Assembly: GCA_964016885.1 (NCBI GenBank)
Contig: OZ024740.1
Location: 147,002,001 to 147,066,000, forward strand
Length of the DNA stretch: 64,000 bases
Direction: 5' to 3'
From: Eledone cirrhosa
Taxonomy: Eukaryota
The translations under genes and the position numbers were made by a program. Numbering within the stretch: position 1 is the stretch's first letter; each line of letters begins with the position of its first letter. The notes under the pieces are model-generated. The model was not told the origin of the DNA and did no database searches. It was given only the letters and a program-made list of their open reading frames with translations. Below, in pieces: positions 12,001 to 23,733 of this stretch.

Positions 12001-14531
12001 CTGTGTCTGTCTCTCCGTCTGTCTCTCCGTCTGTCTCTCCGTCTGTCTCTCCGTCTGTCTCTGCGTCTGTCTCTGCGTCTGTCTCTGCGTCTGTCTCTGC
12101 GTCTGTCTCTGCGTCTGTCTCTGCGTCTGTCTCTGCGTCTGTCTCTGCGCCTGTCTCTGCGCCTGTCTCTGCGCCTGTCTCTGCGCCTGTCTCTGCGCCT
12201 GTCTCTGCGTCTGTCTCTGTCTCTGTGTCTGTCTCTGCGTCTGTCTCTGCCTCTGCCTCTGTCTCTGTGTCTGTCTCTGCGTCTGTCTCTGTCTCTGTCT
12301 CTGCCTCTGTCTCTGTCTCTGTGTCTGTCTCTGCGTCTGTCTCTGCCTCTGCCTCTGTCTCTGTGTCTGTCTCTGCGCCTGTCTCTGCGCCTGTCTCTGC
12401 GCCTGTCTCTGCGTCTGTCTCTGCGTCTGTCTCTGCGTCTGTCTCTGCGTCTGTCTCTGCGTCCGTCTCTGTGTCTGTCTCTGTGTCTGTGTCTGTCTCT
12501 GTGTCTGTCTCTGTCTCTGTCTCTCCGTCTGTCTCTCCGTCTGTCTCTGCGTCTGTCTCTGCGTCTGTCTCTGCGTCTGTCTCTGCGTCTGTCTCTGCGT
12601 CTGTCTCTGCGTCTGTCTCTGCGTCCGTCTCTGCGTCCGTCTCTGTGTCTGTCTCTGTGTCTGTGTCTGTCTCTGTGTCTGTCTCTGTGTCTGTCTCTCC
12701 GTCTGTCTCTCCGTCTGTCTCTGCGTCTGTCTCTGCGTCTGTCTCTGCGTCTGTCTCTGCGTCTGTCTCTGCGTCTGTCTCTGCGTCTGTCTCTGCGTCT
12801 GTCTCTGCGTCCGTCTCTGTGTCTGTCTCTGTGTCTGTGTCTGTCTCTGTGTCTGTCTCTGTGTCTGTCTCTCCGTCTGTCTCTCCGTCTGTCTCTGCGT
12901 CTGTCTCTGCGTCTGTCTCTGCGTCTGTCTCTGCGCCTGTCTCTGCGCCTGTCTCTGCGCCTGTCTCTGCGCCTGTCTCTGCGCCTGTCTCTGCGCCTGT
13001 CTCTGCGCCTGTCTCTGCGTCTGTCTCTGCGTCTGTCTCTGCGTCTGTCTCTGCGTCTGTCTCTGCGTCTGTCTCTGCGCCTGTCTCTGCGCCTGTCTCT
13101 GCGTCTGTATCTGCGTCTGTATCTGCCTCTGTCTCTGCCTCTGTCTCTGCCTCTGTCTCTGCCTCTGTCTCTGTCTCTGCCTCTGTCTCTGTCTCTGCCT
13201 CTGCGTCTGCCTCTGCGTCTGTCTCTGCGTCTGTGTCTGCCTCTGTGTCTGTCTCTGTGTCTGTCTCTGTGTCTGTCTCTGTGTCTGTCTCTGTGTCTGT
13301 CTCTGTGTCTGTCTCTGTGTCTGTCTCTGTGTCTGTCTCTGTGTCTGTCTCTGTGTCTGTGTCTGTGTCTGTGTCTGTCTCTGTGTCTGTGTCTGTCTCT
13401 GTGTCTGTCTCTGCGTCTGTCTCTGCGTCTGTCTCTGTCTCTGCGTCTGTTTCTGCCTCTGCCTCTGTGTCTGCCTCTGTGTCTGCCTCTGTGTCTGTCT
13501 CTGTGTCTGTGTCTGTCTCTGTCTCTGTGTCTGTCTCTGTGTCTGTGTCTGTCTCTGTGTCTGTGTCTGTCTCTGTGTCTGTGTCTGTCTCTGTGTCTGT
13601 GTCTGTCTCTGCGTCTGTGTCTGTCTCTGCGTCTGTCTCTGCGTCTGTCTCTGCGTCTGTTTCTGCCTCTGCCTCTGTGTCTGCCTCTGTGTCTGCCTCT
13701 GTGTCTGCCTCTGTGTCTGCCTCTGTGTCTGCCTCTGTGTCTGCCTCTGTGTCTGTCTCTGTGTCTGTCTCTGTGTCTGTCTCTGTGTCTGTCTCTGTGT
13801 CTGTCTCTGTGTCTGTCTCTGTGTCTGTCTCTGTGTCTGTGTCTGTGTCTGTGTCTGTGTCTGTGTCTGTCTCTGTGTCTGTGTCTGTCTCTGTGTCTGT
13901 GTCTGTGTCTGTCTCTGTGTCTGTGTCTGTGTCTGTCTCTGTGTCTGTGTCTGCGTCTGTCTCTGCGTCTGTCTCTGCGTCTGTCTCTGCGTCTGTCTCT
14001 GTCTCTGCGTCTGTTTCTGCCTCCGCCTCTGCGTCCGCCTCTGCGTCCGCCTCTGCGTCCGCCTCTGCGTCCGCCTCTGCGTCCGCCTCTGCGTCCGCCT
14101 CTGCGTCCGCCTCTGCGTCCGCGTCTGCGTCCGCGTCTGCGTCCGCGTCTGCGTCCGCGTCTGCGTCCGTCTCTGCGTCTGTGTCTGCCTCTGTCTCTGC
14201 CTCTGTCTCTGTGTCTGTCTCTGTGTCTGTCTCTGTGTCTGTCTCTGCGTCTGTCTCTGTGTCTGTCTCTGCGTCTGTCTCTGTGTCTGTCTCTGCGTCT
14301 GTCTCTGTGTCTGTCTCTGCGTCTGTCTCTGCGTCTGTCTCTGCGTCTGTCTCTCTGTCTCTGTGTCTGTCTCTCTGTCTCTGTGTCTGTCTCTCTGTCT
14401 CTGTGTCTGTCTCTCTGTCTGTCTCTGTGTCTGTCTCTGTGTCTGTCTCTGTGTCTGTCTCTGTGTCTGTCTCTGTGTCTGTCTCTGTGTCTGTCTCTGT
14501 CTCTGTCTCTGCGTCTGTCTCTGCGTCTGTC

Positions 14532-14589
<58 letters not shown>

Positions 14590-17500
14590 TCTCTGCCTCT
14601 GCCTCTGTGTCTGTCTCTGTGTCTGTCTCTGTGTCTGTCTCTGTGTCTGTCTCTGTGTCTGTCTCTGTGTCTGTCTCTGTGTCTGTCTCTGTGTCTGTCT
14701 CTGTGTCTGTCTCTGTGTCTGTCTCTGTGTCTGTCTCTGTGTCTGTCTCTGTGTCTGTCTCTGTGTCTGTCTCTGTGTCTGTCTCTGTCTCCGTCTCTGT
14801 CTCCGTCTCTGTCTCCGTCTCTGTCTCCGTCTCTGTCTCCGTGTCTGTCTCCGTCTCTGTCTCCGTCTCTGTGTCTGTCTCTGTGTCTGTCTCTGTGTCT
14901 GTCTCTGTGTCTGTCTCTGTGTCTGTCTCTGTGTCTGTCTCTGTGTCTGTCTCTGTGTCTGTCTCTGTGTCTGTCTCTGTGTCTGTCTCTGTGTCTGTCT
15001 CTGTGTCTGTGTCCGTCTCTGTGTCCGTCTCTGTCTCCGTCTCTGTCTCCGTCTCTGTCTCCGTCTCTGTCTCCGTCTCTGTGTCCGTCTCTGTGTCCGT
15101 CTCTGTGTCTGTCTCTGTGTCTGTCTCTTTCTCTGTCTCTGTGTCTGTCTCTGTGTCTGTCTCTGTGTCTGTCTCTGTGTCTGTCTCTGTGTCTGTCTCT
15201 GTGTCTGTGTCCGTCTCTGTGTCCGTCTCTGTGTCCGTCTCTGTGTCCGTCTCTGTCTCCGTGTCTGTCTCCGTGTCTGTCTCCGTGTCTGTCTCCGTGT
15301 CTGTCTCCGTGTCTGTCTCCGTGTCTGTCTCCGTGTCTGTCTCCGTGTCTGTCTCTGTCTCTGCGTCTGTCTCTGCGTCTGTCTCTGCGTCTGTCTCTGT
15401 GTCTGTCTCTGTGTCTCTGTGTCTGTCTCTGTGTCTGTCTCTGTGTCTGTCTCTGTGTCTGTCTCTGTGTCTGTCTCTGTGTCTGTCTCTGTGTCTGTCT
15501 CTGTGTCTGTCTCTGTGTCTGTGTCTGTGTCTGTGTCTGTGTCTGTCTCTGTGTCTGTCTCTGTGTCTGTCTCTGTGTCTGTCTCTGCGTCTGTCTCTGC
15601 GTCTGTCTCTGCGTCTGTCTCTGCGTCTCTGTGTCTGTCTCTCTGTCTCTGTGTCTGTCTCTCTGTCTCTGTGTCTGTCTCTCTGTCTCTGTGTCTGTCT
15701 CTGTGTCTGTCTCTGTGTCTGTCTCTGTGTCTGTCTCTGTGTCTGTCTCTGTGTCTGTCTCTGTGTCTGTCTCTGTGTCTGTCTCTGTGTCTGTCTCTGT
15801 GTCTGTCTCTGTGTCTGTCTCTGTGTCTGTCTCTGTGTCTGTCTCTGTGTCTGTCTCTGTGTCTGTCTCTGTGTCTGTCTCTGTGTCTGTCTCTGTGTCT
15901 GTCTCTGTGTCTGTCTCTGTGTCTGTCTCTGTGTCTGTCTCTGTGTCTGTCTCTGTGTCTGTCTCTGTGTCTGTCTCTGTGTCTGTCTCTGTGTCTGTCT
16001 CTGTGTCTGTCTCTGTGTCTGTCTCTGTGTCTGTGTCTGTGTCTGTGTCTGTGTCTGTCTCTGTCTCTGTGTCTGTGTCTGTGTCTGTGTCTGTCTCTGT
16101 GTCTGTCTCTGTGTCTGTCTCTGTGTCTGTCTCTGTGTCTGTCTCTGTGTCTGTCTCTGTGTCTGTCTCTGTGTCTGTCTCTGTGTCTGTCTCTGTGTCT
16201 GTCTCTGTGTCTGTCTCTGTGTCTGTCTCTGTGTCTGTCTCTGTGTCTGTCTCTGTGTCTGTCTCTGTGTCTGTCTCTGTGTCTGTCTCTGTGTCTGTCT
16301 CTGTGTCTGTCTCTGTGTCTGTCTCTGTGTCTGTCTCTGTGTCTGTCTCTGTGTCTGTCTCTGTGTCTGTCTCTGTGTCCGTCTCTGTGTCCGTCTCTGT
16401 GTCCGTCTCTGTGTCCGTCTCTGTGTCCGTCTCTGTGTCCGTCTCTGTGTCCGTCTCTGTGTCCGTCTCTGTGTCCGTCTCTGTGTCCGTCTCTGTGTCC
16501 GTCTCTGTGTCCGTCTCTGTGTCCGTCTCTGTGTCCGTCTCTGTGTCCGTCTCTGTCTCCGTGTCTGTCTCCGTGTCTGTCTCCGTGTCTGTCTCCGTGT
16601 CTGTCTCCGTGTCTGTCTCCGTGTCTGTCTCCGTGTCTGTCTCCGTGTCTGTCTCCGTGTCTGTCTCCGCGTCTGTCTCCGCGTCTGTCTCCGCGTCTGT
16701 CTCCGCGTCTGTCTCTGCGTCTGTCTCTGCGTCTGTCTCTGCGTCTGTCTCTGCGTCTGTCTCTGCGTCTGTCTCTGCGTCTGTCTCTGCGTCTGTCTCT
16801 CTGTCTCTGTCTCTGTCTCTGTCTCTCTGTCTCTGTCTCTGTGTCTGTCTCTCTGTCTCTGTCTCTGTGTCTGTCTCTCTGTCTCTGGCTCTGTGTCTGT
16901 CTCTCTGTCTCTGGCTCTGTGTCTGTCTCTGTGTCTGTGTCTGTCTCTCTGTGTCTGTCTCTGTCTCTCTGTGTCTGTCTCTGTGTCTGTCTCTGTGTCT
17001 GTCTCTGTGTCTGTCTCTGTGTCTGTGTCTGTCTCTGTCTCTGTGTCTGTCTCTGTGTCTGTCTCTGTGTCTGTCTCTGTGTCTGTCTCTGTGTCTGTCT
17101 CTGTGTCTGTGTCTGTGTCTCTCTCTGTCTCTGTGTCTGTCTCTGTCTCTGTGTCTGTCTCTGTCTCTGTGTCTGTCTCTGTGTCTCTGTCTCTGTGTCT
17201 GTCTCTGCCTCTGCCTCTGCCTCTGTCTCTGTGTCTGTCTCTGCCTGTCTCTGTGTCTGTCTCTGCCTCTGTCTCTGCCTCTGTCTCTGCGTCTGTCTCT
17301 GCGTCTGTCTCTGCGTCTGTCTCTGTGTCTGTCTCTGTGTCTGTCTCTGTGTGTCTCTGTGTCTGTCTCTGTGTCTGTGTCTGTCTCTGTGTCTGTCTCT
17401 GTGTCTGTCTCTGCCTCTGTCTCTGCGTCTGTCTCTGCGTCTGTCTCTGCGTCTGTCTCTGCGTCTGCCTCTGCGTCTGCCTCTGTGTCTGCGTCTGCCT

Positions 17501-18534
17501 CTGTGCCTGTCTCTGCATCTGTCTCTGCATCTGTCTCTGCGTCTGTCTCTGCGTCTGTCTCTGCGTCTGTCTCTGCGTCTGTCTCTGCGTCTGTCTCTGC
17601 GTCTGTCTCTGCGTCTGTCTCTGCGTCTGTCTCTGCGTCTGTCTCTGCGTCTGTCTCTGCGTCTGTCTCTGCGTCTGTCTCTGTCTCTGCGTCTGTCTCT
17701 GCGTCTGTCTCTGTCTCTGCGTCTGTCTCTGTGTCTGTGTCTGTCTCTGTGTCTGTGTCTGTCTCTGTGTCTGTGTCTGTGTCTGTCTCTGTGTCTGTCT
17801 CTGTCTCTGTGTCTGCGCCTGTCTCTCTGCGCTTGTCTCTCTGCGCCTGTCTCTCTGCGCCTGTCTCTCTGCGCCTGTCTCTCTGCGCCTGTCTCTCTGC
17901 GCCTGTCTCTCTGCGCCTGTCTCTCTGCGCCTGTCTCTCTGCGCCTGTCTCTCTGCGCCTGTCTCTCTGCGCCTGTCTCTCTGCGCCTGTCTCTCTGCGT
18001 CTGTCTCTGTGTCTGTCTCTGTGTCTGTCTCTGTGTCTGTCTCTGTGTCTGTCTCTGTGTCTGTCTCTGTGTCTGTCTCTGTCTCTGTGTCTGTCTCTGT
18101 GTCTCTGTGTCTGTCTCTGTGTCTCTGTGTCTGTCTCTGTGTCTGTCTCTGTGTCTGTGTCTGTCTCTGTCTCTGTGTCTGTCTCTGTCTCTGTGTCTGT
18201 CTCTGTCTCTGTGTCTGCGCCTGTCTCTCTGCGCTTGTCTCTCTGCGCCTGTCTCTCTGCGCCTGTCTCTCTGCGCCTGTCTCTCTGCGCCTGTCTCTCT
18301 GCGCCTGTCTCTCTGCGCCTGTCTCTCTGCGTCTGTGTCTCTGCGTCTGTGTCTCTGCGTCTGTGTCTCTGCGTCTGTGTCTCTGCGTCTGTGTCTGTGT
18401 CTGTCTCTGTGTCTGCGCCTGTCTCTCTGCGCTTGTCTCTCTGCGCCTGTCTCTCTGCGCCTGTCTCTCTGCGTCTGTCTCTCTGCATCTGTGTGTCTGT
18501 CTCTGCGTCTGTCTCTGCCTGCCTGTGTCTGCCT
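1..18534. repeat. Giant simple-sequence satellite of 6-bp units (GTCTCT, GTGTCT, GCGTCT, GTCCGT, GCCTCT), mostly as 12-bp dimers such as GTCTCTGTGTCT; runs off the window's left edge
   Basis: Directly visible. The + strand is almost free of A. 14-bp variants (GCGCCTGTCTCTCT) occur near 3845-4030 and 17815-18330, and a TG/TCAGTG-rich transition zone lies at ~4170-4620. Confidence 0.98.
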
Positions 18535-20080
18535 GATTTTAAATTAACCATTCTGGTGCACTCCTTTCCATTCGATTATTGATCCTAGGTTTTAATTGCT
18601 TGATTAAGATGGCTTCCTTAATTCTCAGCGTGCCTATACTGTGTTTGGTAGCTAAGATTGTGGTGGTAATGTTGTTCCAGTTTCCACATTTGATGAAGTA
18701 AGTGGTTGGGGAAGGAAGAGGAGTTGCTGTTAACATGCTCTTTAATATGGAGATGTAATGGTCGAATAGTGCTGCCTATGTAAAATAGATTGCACTTGTT
18801 ACATTCATCATCAACGTTTAACGTCCGTGTTCCACGCTTGCATGGGTTTGGACGGGGGTATTCCCACTTGAGGCAAGAGTGATTGTCTTGCTCGCATAGG
18901 ACTGTCTGGCAGGTTTTCTACAGTTGGATGCCCTTCCTAACACCAACCACATTTACAGTGTGGGTCTGGGAGGTTTTTACCGTGTTGCCTACACGGCCAC
19001 ATTACAGTGTGGACTGTGTGTTTTTTTGTCGTGACACCTACACGATCTCATTTGTTTCGGCCTGGATGTTGCGGCACCAACGTAACTTTACATAGAAGGG
19101 GTGGTGTGGATGGGGTGGGGGTGGTTGGACGGGGTGTGTTTTGTTAGAGATGCCTACTCGCTGTAGTAGGTTTTACTATGTATTTAGGTAAGGCGGGTCT
19201 TCTCTGTTACTGAGTACCGCCAAAGGTCTCGGTCCAGTGACATTGTCTTGGAGAGGTGTAACTGTGTGAGGTCGGAGTTTATCAGCTCGTCCCAGGTTTT
19301 TCTAGGTCTGCCTATTCCGTGGCTACCGTCTATCTTTATTGCCCTGCACTTTGTTATACAGCTATCGACTTTCATGCACATCACGTGTCCATACCAACGT
19401 AGCCTTCTCTCGAGTAAACAGCATCTGATCCCTCTTATTTCTAATTTTTTCCTTAGTTCGTTTATGCTTTGCCGTTCACGTATATTAATGTTACACATCC
19501 AGCGGAGCATGCAAGCTTCGTTCCTCTCCAGTCTGCGTATATCCTCTGCACACAATGCCCAGGTCTCACTGCCATGTAACATTGCTGTTCGTATGCAGGC
19601 ATCATACAACTTGCCTTTCATTTTTAGGGAGAACCCTCTAGCGGCTAATAGTGGTATAAGCTCTCTGAACTTTTTCCATCCAGTTCTGACTCTAGCTACT
19701 GTACTTTCAGAGCACCCTCCCCCACTGCTGATTTTGTCACCCAGGTAACGGAAGCTGTCCACTATTTCTATAGAGCCCTCTGCGCAGTTGTAAGAGCTAG
19801 TATTTTGTGGGCACTTGCTGCTACTTATTGCACCAGAGCACCGGCCACATGTAAAATCTATGTTCTTAGTTAGCTTACCTGTGATCCCACTACATCTTTT
19901 ATGCACCTATACTTTGCATTTGGGACATAAGATGGAGTTTCTACCTACGCCTTTTCTAGCCCGTATACTACGTAGGTACGTTGTCACAATTAGTTTTGCG
20001 GATAGGGCAATTGGATAGGATGCATCCGTTATACTTGTTGGGGCATTGCCTTGTGGAGAGGCATCTTCACAGTAAGGTCC
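18535..20080 (-). mobile_element. Inverted arm of a Penelope-like element (GIY-YIG portion), split by an RTE insertion at 18806-19954
   Basis: 18535-18805 and 19955-20080 are the reverse complement of ~21078-21447. The arm encodes the GIY-YIG segment ...FYIGSTIRPL...[17 protein letters not shown]. Confidence 0.9.
18806..19954 (-). mobile_element. 5'-truncated RTE-clade LINE (family A): end of PHD insert, RT C-terminus, 3'UTR, (GAT)n tail
   Basis: ORF 19184-19906 has FRYLG, MLHGSETW, RRLRWYGHV and GRPRKTW. It is near-identical to the copies at 52-64 kb. Confidence 0.95.
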
Positions 20081-21530
20081 ATTGGACAAGGGAAAAGGTT
20101 TTTGTGTTATTACCAGAGAGGTCTACAAACAACCTAGCCCACCAACATCTCAACGATGATAGTCTCTACCTGTGCTGATGGAGAACCAGATCAACACTGC
20201 CTGGACCAACATTTGCGACTGATGAAGTCTCTCAAAGAGATTCCGGTACAATTATATAACAAGAAACAGCAGGCTGACCAACTTCTACCACCTGATCAAA
20301 ACCCCCCCCAAAAAGGACTCGACCTGAAAATTAGACCCATTGTCTCCAATGTTGAAGGACCATTTTATAAAATCTCTTGGCTTCTGTCGAAGAGTTTAAA
20401 GCCCCTGTTGACAACCTTCCCAGGCCATGTCTAGAGCTCGGATAATGTACCGACAGACCTCTGGACTACACATGTGATCCAGCCTCTCGGGTTTACTGGC
20501 CATTTCGTATATGAACAGGCTTGAACACTGAGTACTCAGCTCCTGCACTTTCTTCACTAGATAAGTGGATGATATACTCATCCTCACATCCACCAAGCAG
20601 AATGCCAACAAGATTTTTGAATCTTTCAACAATGCTGACAATAACATTAAGTTCAGCATCAAACATACCTCTGACTCCATGTCCCTCGCTCTACTTGATT
20701 TCAGAATGTATTCTCTGATAACGGTGAAATCCACACAGATTTCTCCCGCAAAGCAGCCAGCAGGGACCTGTTTGTTCATTACAAATCTGTCCCCCCCAAC
20801 AGCTCTAAAAGAGGGTACATCTTTAAAAAAATGGCTCGCATACGCAACCGATGCAGCGACACTGCTAATAGAGCCACCCATATCAGACGATTCCACAAGA
20901 TACTAGAGATTGACGCCTACGCAGCTTCTTTCTCCACTCCACGATGAAACCCCAGACCCAGAGACCAGACCAATACAAACAACAGTTGCTTCTTCAAGAT
21001 CCCACACCTCAGCGAGGAAATCACCAACGCCATATGCAAAGCCAACAGAAGGTCTTAATGGCAAACTAGTTCACTCTGGACCTTCCCTGTGAAGATGCTA
21101 AGGATAAAGGACGCACCCTAGCTAATTGCCCTATCTGCAAAACTAATTGTGACAACGTACCTACGTAGTATACAGGCTAGAATGTAACAAGTGCAATCTA
21201 TTTTACATAGGCAGCACTATTCGACCATTACATCTCCATATTAAAGAGCATGTTAACAGCAACTCCTCTTCCTTCCCCAACCACATCATCAAATGTGGAA
21301 ACTGGAACAACATTACCACCACAATCTTAGCTACCGAACACAGTATAGGCACACTGAGAATTAAGGAAGCCCTCTTAATCAAGCAATTAAAACCTAGGAT
21401 CAATAATCGAATGGAAAGGAGTGCACCAGAATGGCTAATTTAAAATCCTGTATTTCAACATCCCTGTGGCCCATTTCTAGACTCACACACACATACATAT
21501 ATGACACACATATTTTCCTTTATTATTCTA

Positions 21531-21720
21531 TGGTGGATTGGCAGTATCGGTAGAGGGTCGGACGCCATGCTTTGAAGCATAGAGTTACCTCCCTGTATGA
21601 TCTGAGTTCAAATCCCGCCGAGGTTAACTTTGCCTTTCATCCTTACGGGGTCGATAAAATAAAGTACCAGTAATGCACTGGGTAATTGCTGGCCTTGTGC
21701 CAAAAGTAGAAACAATTATT
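21531..21720 (+). mobile_element. tRNA-derived SINE, family 2 (central TTGCCTTTCATCCTTACGGGGTCGATAAAATAAAGTACC domain)
   Basis: A box TGGCAGTATCGG and B box GAGTTCAAATCC. Near-identical copies occur elsewhere in the window. AAT/TAT tail. Confidence 0.85.
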
Positions 21721-21721
21721 C

Positions 21722-21912
21722 TATACATAGAAGGAAGACGCAGTAGAGGAAGACCCCAAAAAACATGCGTGGAGGTGGTGAGAGCAGACCTCAGATTGCT
21801 GAGACTTACAGAGGAGATGACGAAGGACCGTGACAAGTGGAGAGGTGCTGTGCTGAATAGGACCCATCCCACCCTTACAAGCAGGGAAAAGCGGACGTAA
21901 AATGATGATGAT
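21722..21912 (+). mobile_element. 3' terminal fragment of a different RTE LINE (family C); the ORF runs almost to the tail
   Basis: EGRRSRGRPQKTCVEVVRADL...DRDKWR followed by CGGACGTAAAATGATGATG. Confidence 0.85.
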
Positions 21913-22279
21913 ATTCACACACTCCTTTCAATACATAAATTTACATACAAACATCCCAATAAGCACACTTACTTTCATGCACACACATACATATATCAAA
22001 CACTTTTCTGAAGACATTTCACAATGCGTACGTTCAAAATTTTAACTTCTTTTCAATTCATTTAACTTAAATCGGCCTTACAAACATGTCAACTCCGAAC
22101 GATCTTTTAAGTCTCTCCCTTGAGAATGGGTTTTTAAACCCGAAAATATGTGATCATTAAATTTGCTAAGGTAAAATTCTTTTGTTATCTTAGCAACATT
22201 GTTTGGTTTTCAAAATTATTTAAATTTGTGTTTCCTATTCAAGCAAGCTACAAAACTCTTTTATATATATATATTTTTC

Positions 22280-22615
22280 ATTTTCATTTCATTTTACGTC
22301 CGCTTTTTCCCTGCTTGCAAGGATGGGACGGGAACTGATTCTGGCTTGATTTCTGCAGCTGGATGCCCTTCCTAACACCAACCTCATTTACAGTGTGGGC
22401 TGGTGCTTTTTTTGCTGTGGCATCTCCACGACCACTTTGCAGTGGAATGATATGAACCCCAGTCCCTATCATCTCATTTCTACAGCTGAGAAAACTGGAG
22501 CAATGTGAAATAAAGTGTCTTTCTCAAGGAAACAACACATCATCCGGTATGAGAATTGAACTCACAACCTTTTGATTGCAAGGCCAATGCTCTAACCACT
22601 AAGCCATGTGCCTCT
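22280..22615 (-). mobile_element. tRNA-derived SINE, family 1, with RTE-derived 3' end
   Basis: Reverse complement of the SINE at 58238-58575: tRNA-like head, CCTTGAG.AAGACACTTTATTTCAC domain, RTE-like tail. Confidence 0.88.
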
Positions 22616-23039
22616 TGTGTGTAATCGACACAAGATGATTGGTGAATAGTTTGGAAAATGGAACACCCTAATATATATTTAAATATCTCATGTCGATTAC
22701 ACGCATACTGGAATTGATGACATAATGGAGTATGCAGGATTACAGATCAATCAAATTATATTTAGGGGTTACACACTTTCACATCTTTTTATTTAGGATA
22801 ATTTTTTTAGACATTGCTGGTGGTATATTGTCCTTTCTGTTCACTCTACTGAGTCCAGTGAGAAATCCAAAAGAATGAAATGAAAATAAGCAGGAGGAAT
22901 ATGTTCTAAATACACAATAAGTTTTGGGTGTGAGAGGTGGGAGTTAAAGAGAGAAACACTTTTCATGAATGAAATTTATAACTAGAAACAAGTTTTTCTA
23001 GATTCTCGACTTGAGTGGTGTAAGCTTCAGTTGTTCTTT

Positions 23040-23460
23040 GAACAGAACTGCCTTGATCACATATATAGCCTGGTGGTAAGCTCCTGGGACTGAGAAGGAG
23101 AACTGGAGAGATCGCCAACCACTATGATAGAGAAGGGAGAGATTTATGAACTTGGTATAGTCTTCTTGGGGATGATTCCACAAAGCAGTACCGACATTAG
23201 ATATTCAAACATCTCCTTTTGCTTGTAAAAATCTTCCATGGGCTCAAGATCGTCCAAGATAGTTTGATAATGAGACTTATAGATGGAGTCCCAAAGTTCC
23301 TGGAAATTTTCAAACATTGGAATAATGGGACCAGATGATGGGAAAAAGATCTCAAAGACTTTTTTCAAAACCAGTTCAAGAATATGATGGTGGCAAGCCT
23401 GCCACAAAAGGGATGTTTTCAGAGCTGCTTCAATTTTCGTATTGGATGTGTTGTCTGGTA
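23040..23460 (-). mobile_element. Degenerate DNA transposase fragment, probably hAT superfamily (hATm-like)
   Basis: LLWQACHHHILELVLKKVFE...SSGPIIPMFENFQELW contains the CxxH motif in a context typical of hAT-type transposases. Family assignment is by eye. Confidence 0.55.
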
Positions 23461-23499
23461 AGATCATAATGTGTGAGAGAGAGACATAAAAAAAAAAAA

Positions 23500-23733
23500 T
23501 CATAAAACTTCCTTATTAGGCTGGGAGAGTAAACTGCTGATTAAATGGTAGCATTGGCCTTGGATTTTAAATGATGTGAAATAACTATAGTGAGTATGAT
23601 TTTTTTCAGCTCCAAAGGATGTCATCTGAAATGCAGCAATATACCATATAACATTGCTTCTGAAGTGTTTAGCTTCGTTAGTACGGTCTGTAAGTAGTAT
23701 ATGGATAAAAGCTGGAGGGTAGATTAATTTCAA
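23500..23733 (-). mobile_element. Helitron RepHel N-terminal fragment
   Basis: KHFRSNV..Y.AAFQMTSFGA...FKIQGQCYHLISSLL matches the conserved Helitron HF..NIR.YN..FQMTSFGA / FK.QGQ.YH..GSLLP block. Confidence 0.8.

Larger units (their letters stand above)
20081..22260 (+). mobile_element. Degenerate Penelope-like retroelement (RT + C-terminal GIY-YIG) with 3' non-coding region; SINE and RTE fragments are inserted at 21531-21912
   Basis: Frameshifted motifs DKGKGFCVI (~20085), RPIVSNVEGPFYKISWLL, VDDI (~20567), CNKCNLFYIGSTIRPL (~21183) and [16 protein letters not shown]. Confidence 0.85.

Noticed and set aside
10833-18551. Minus-strand ORF with a real ATG (MVNLKSG...) reading into acidic ETD repeats
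   Set aside because: The ATG is an out-of-frame triplet at the end of the inverted PLE arm, and the downstream frame shifts repeatedly between repeat types.
17-18582. Giant ORFs of 1000-4700 aa ([19 protein letters not shown] repeats)
   Set aside because: They are open in nearly all frames only because the satellite lacks A on one strand and T on the other. Peptide patterns swap frames at non-triplet indels, so there is no coding constraint.
19248-19748. Recurring antisense ORFs over the RTE copies (MRITCPYQRS..., [10 protein letters not shown]...)
   Set aside because: They recur only because the element is repeated. They have no recognisable motifs and their boundaries differ between copies.
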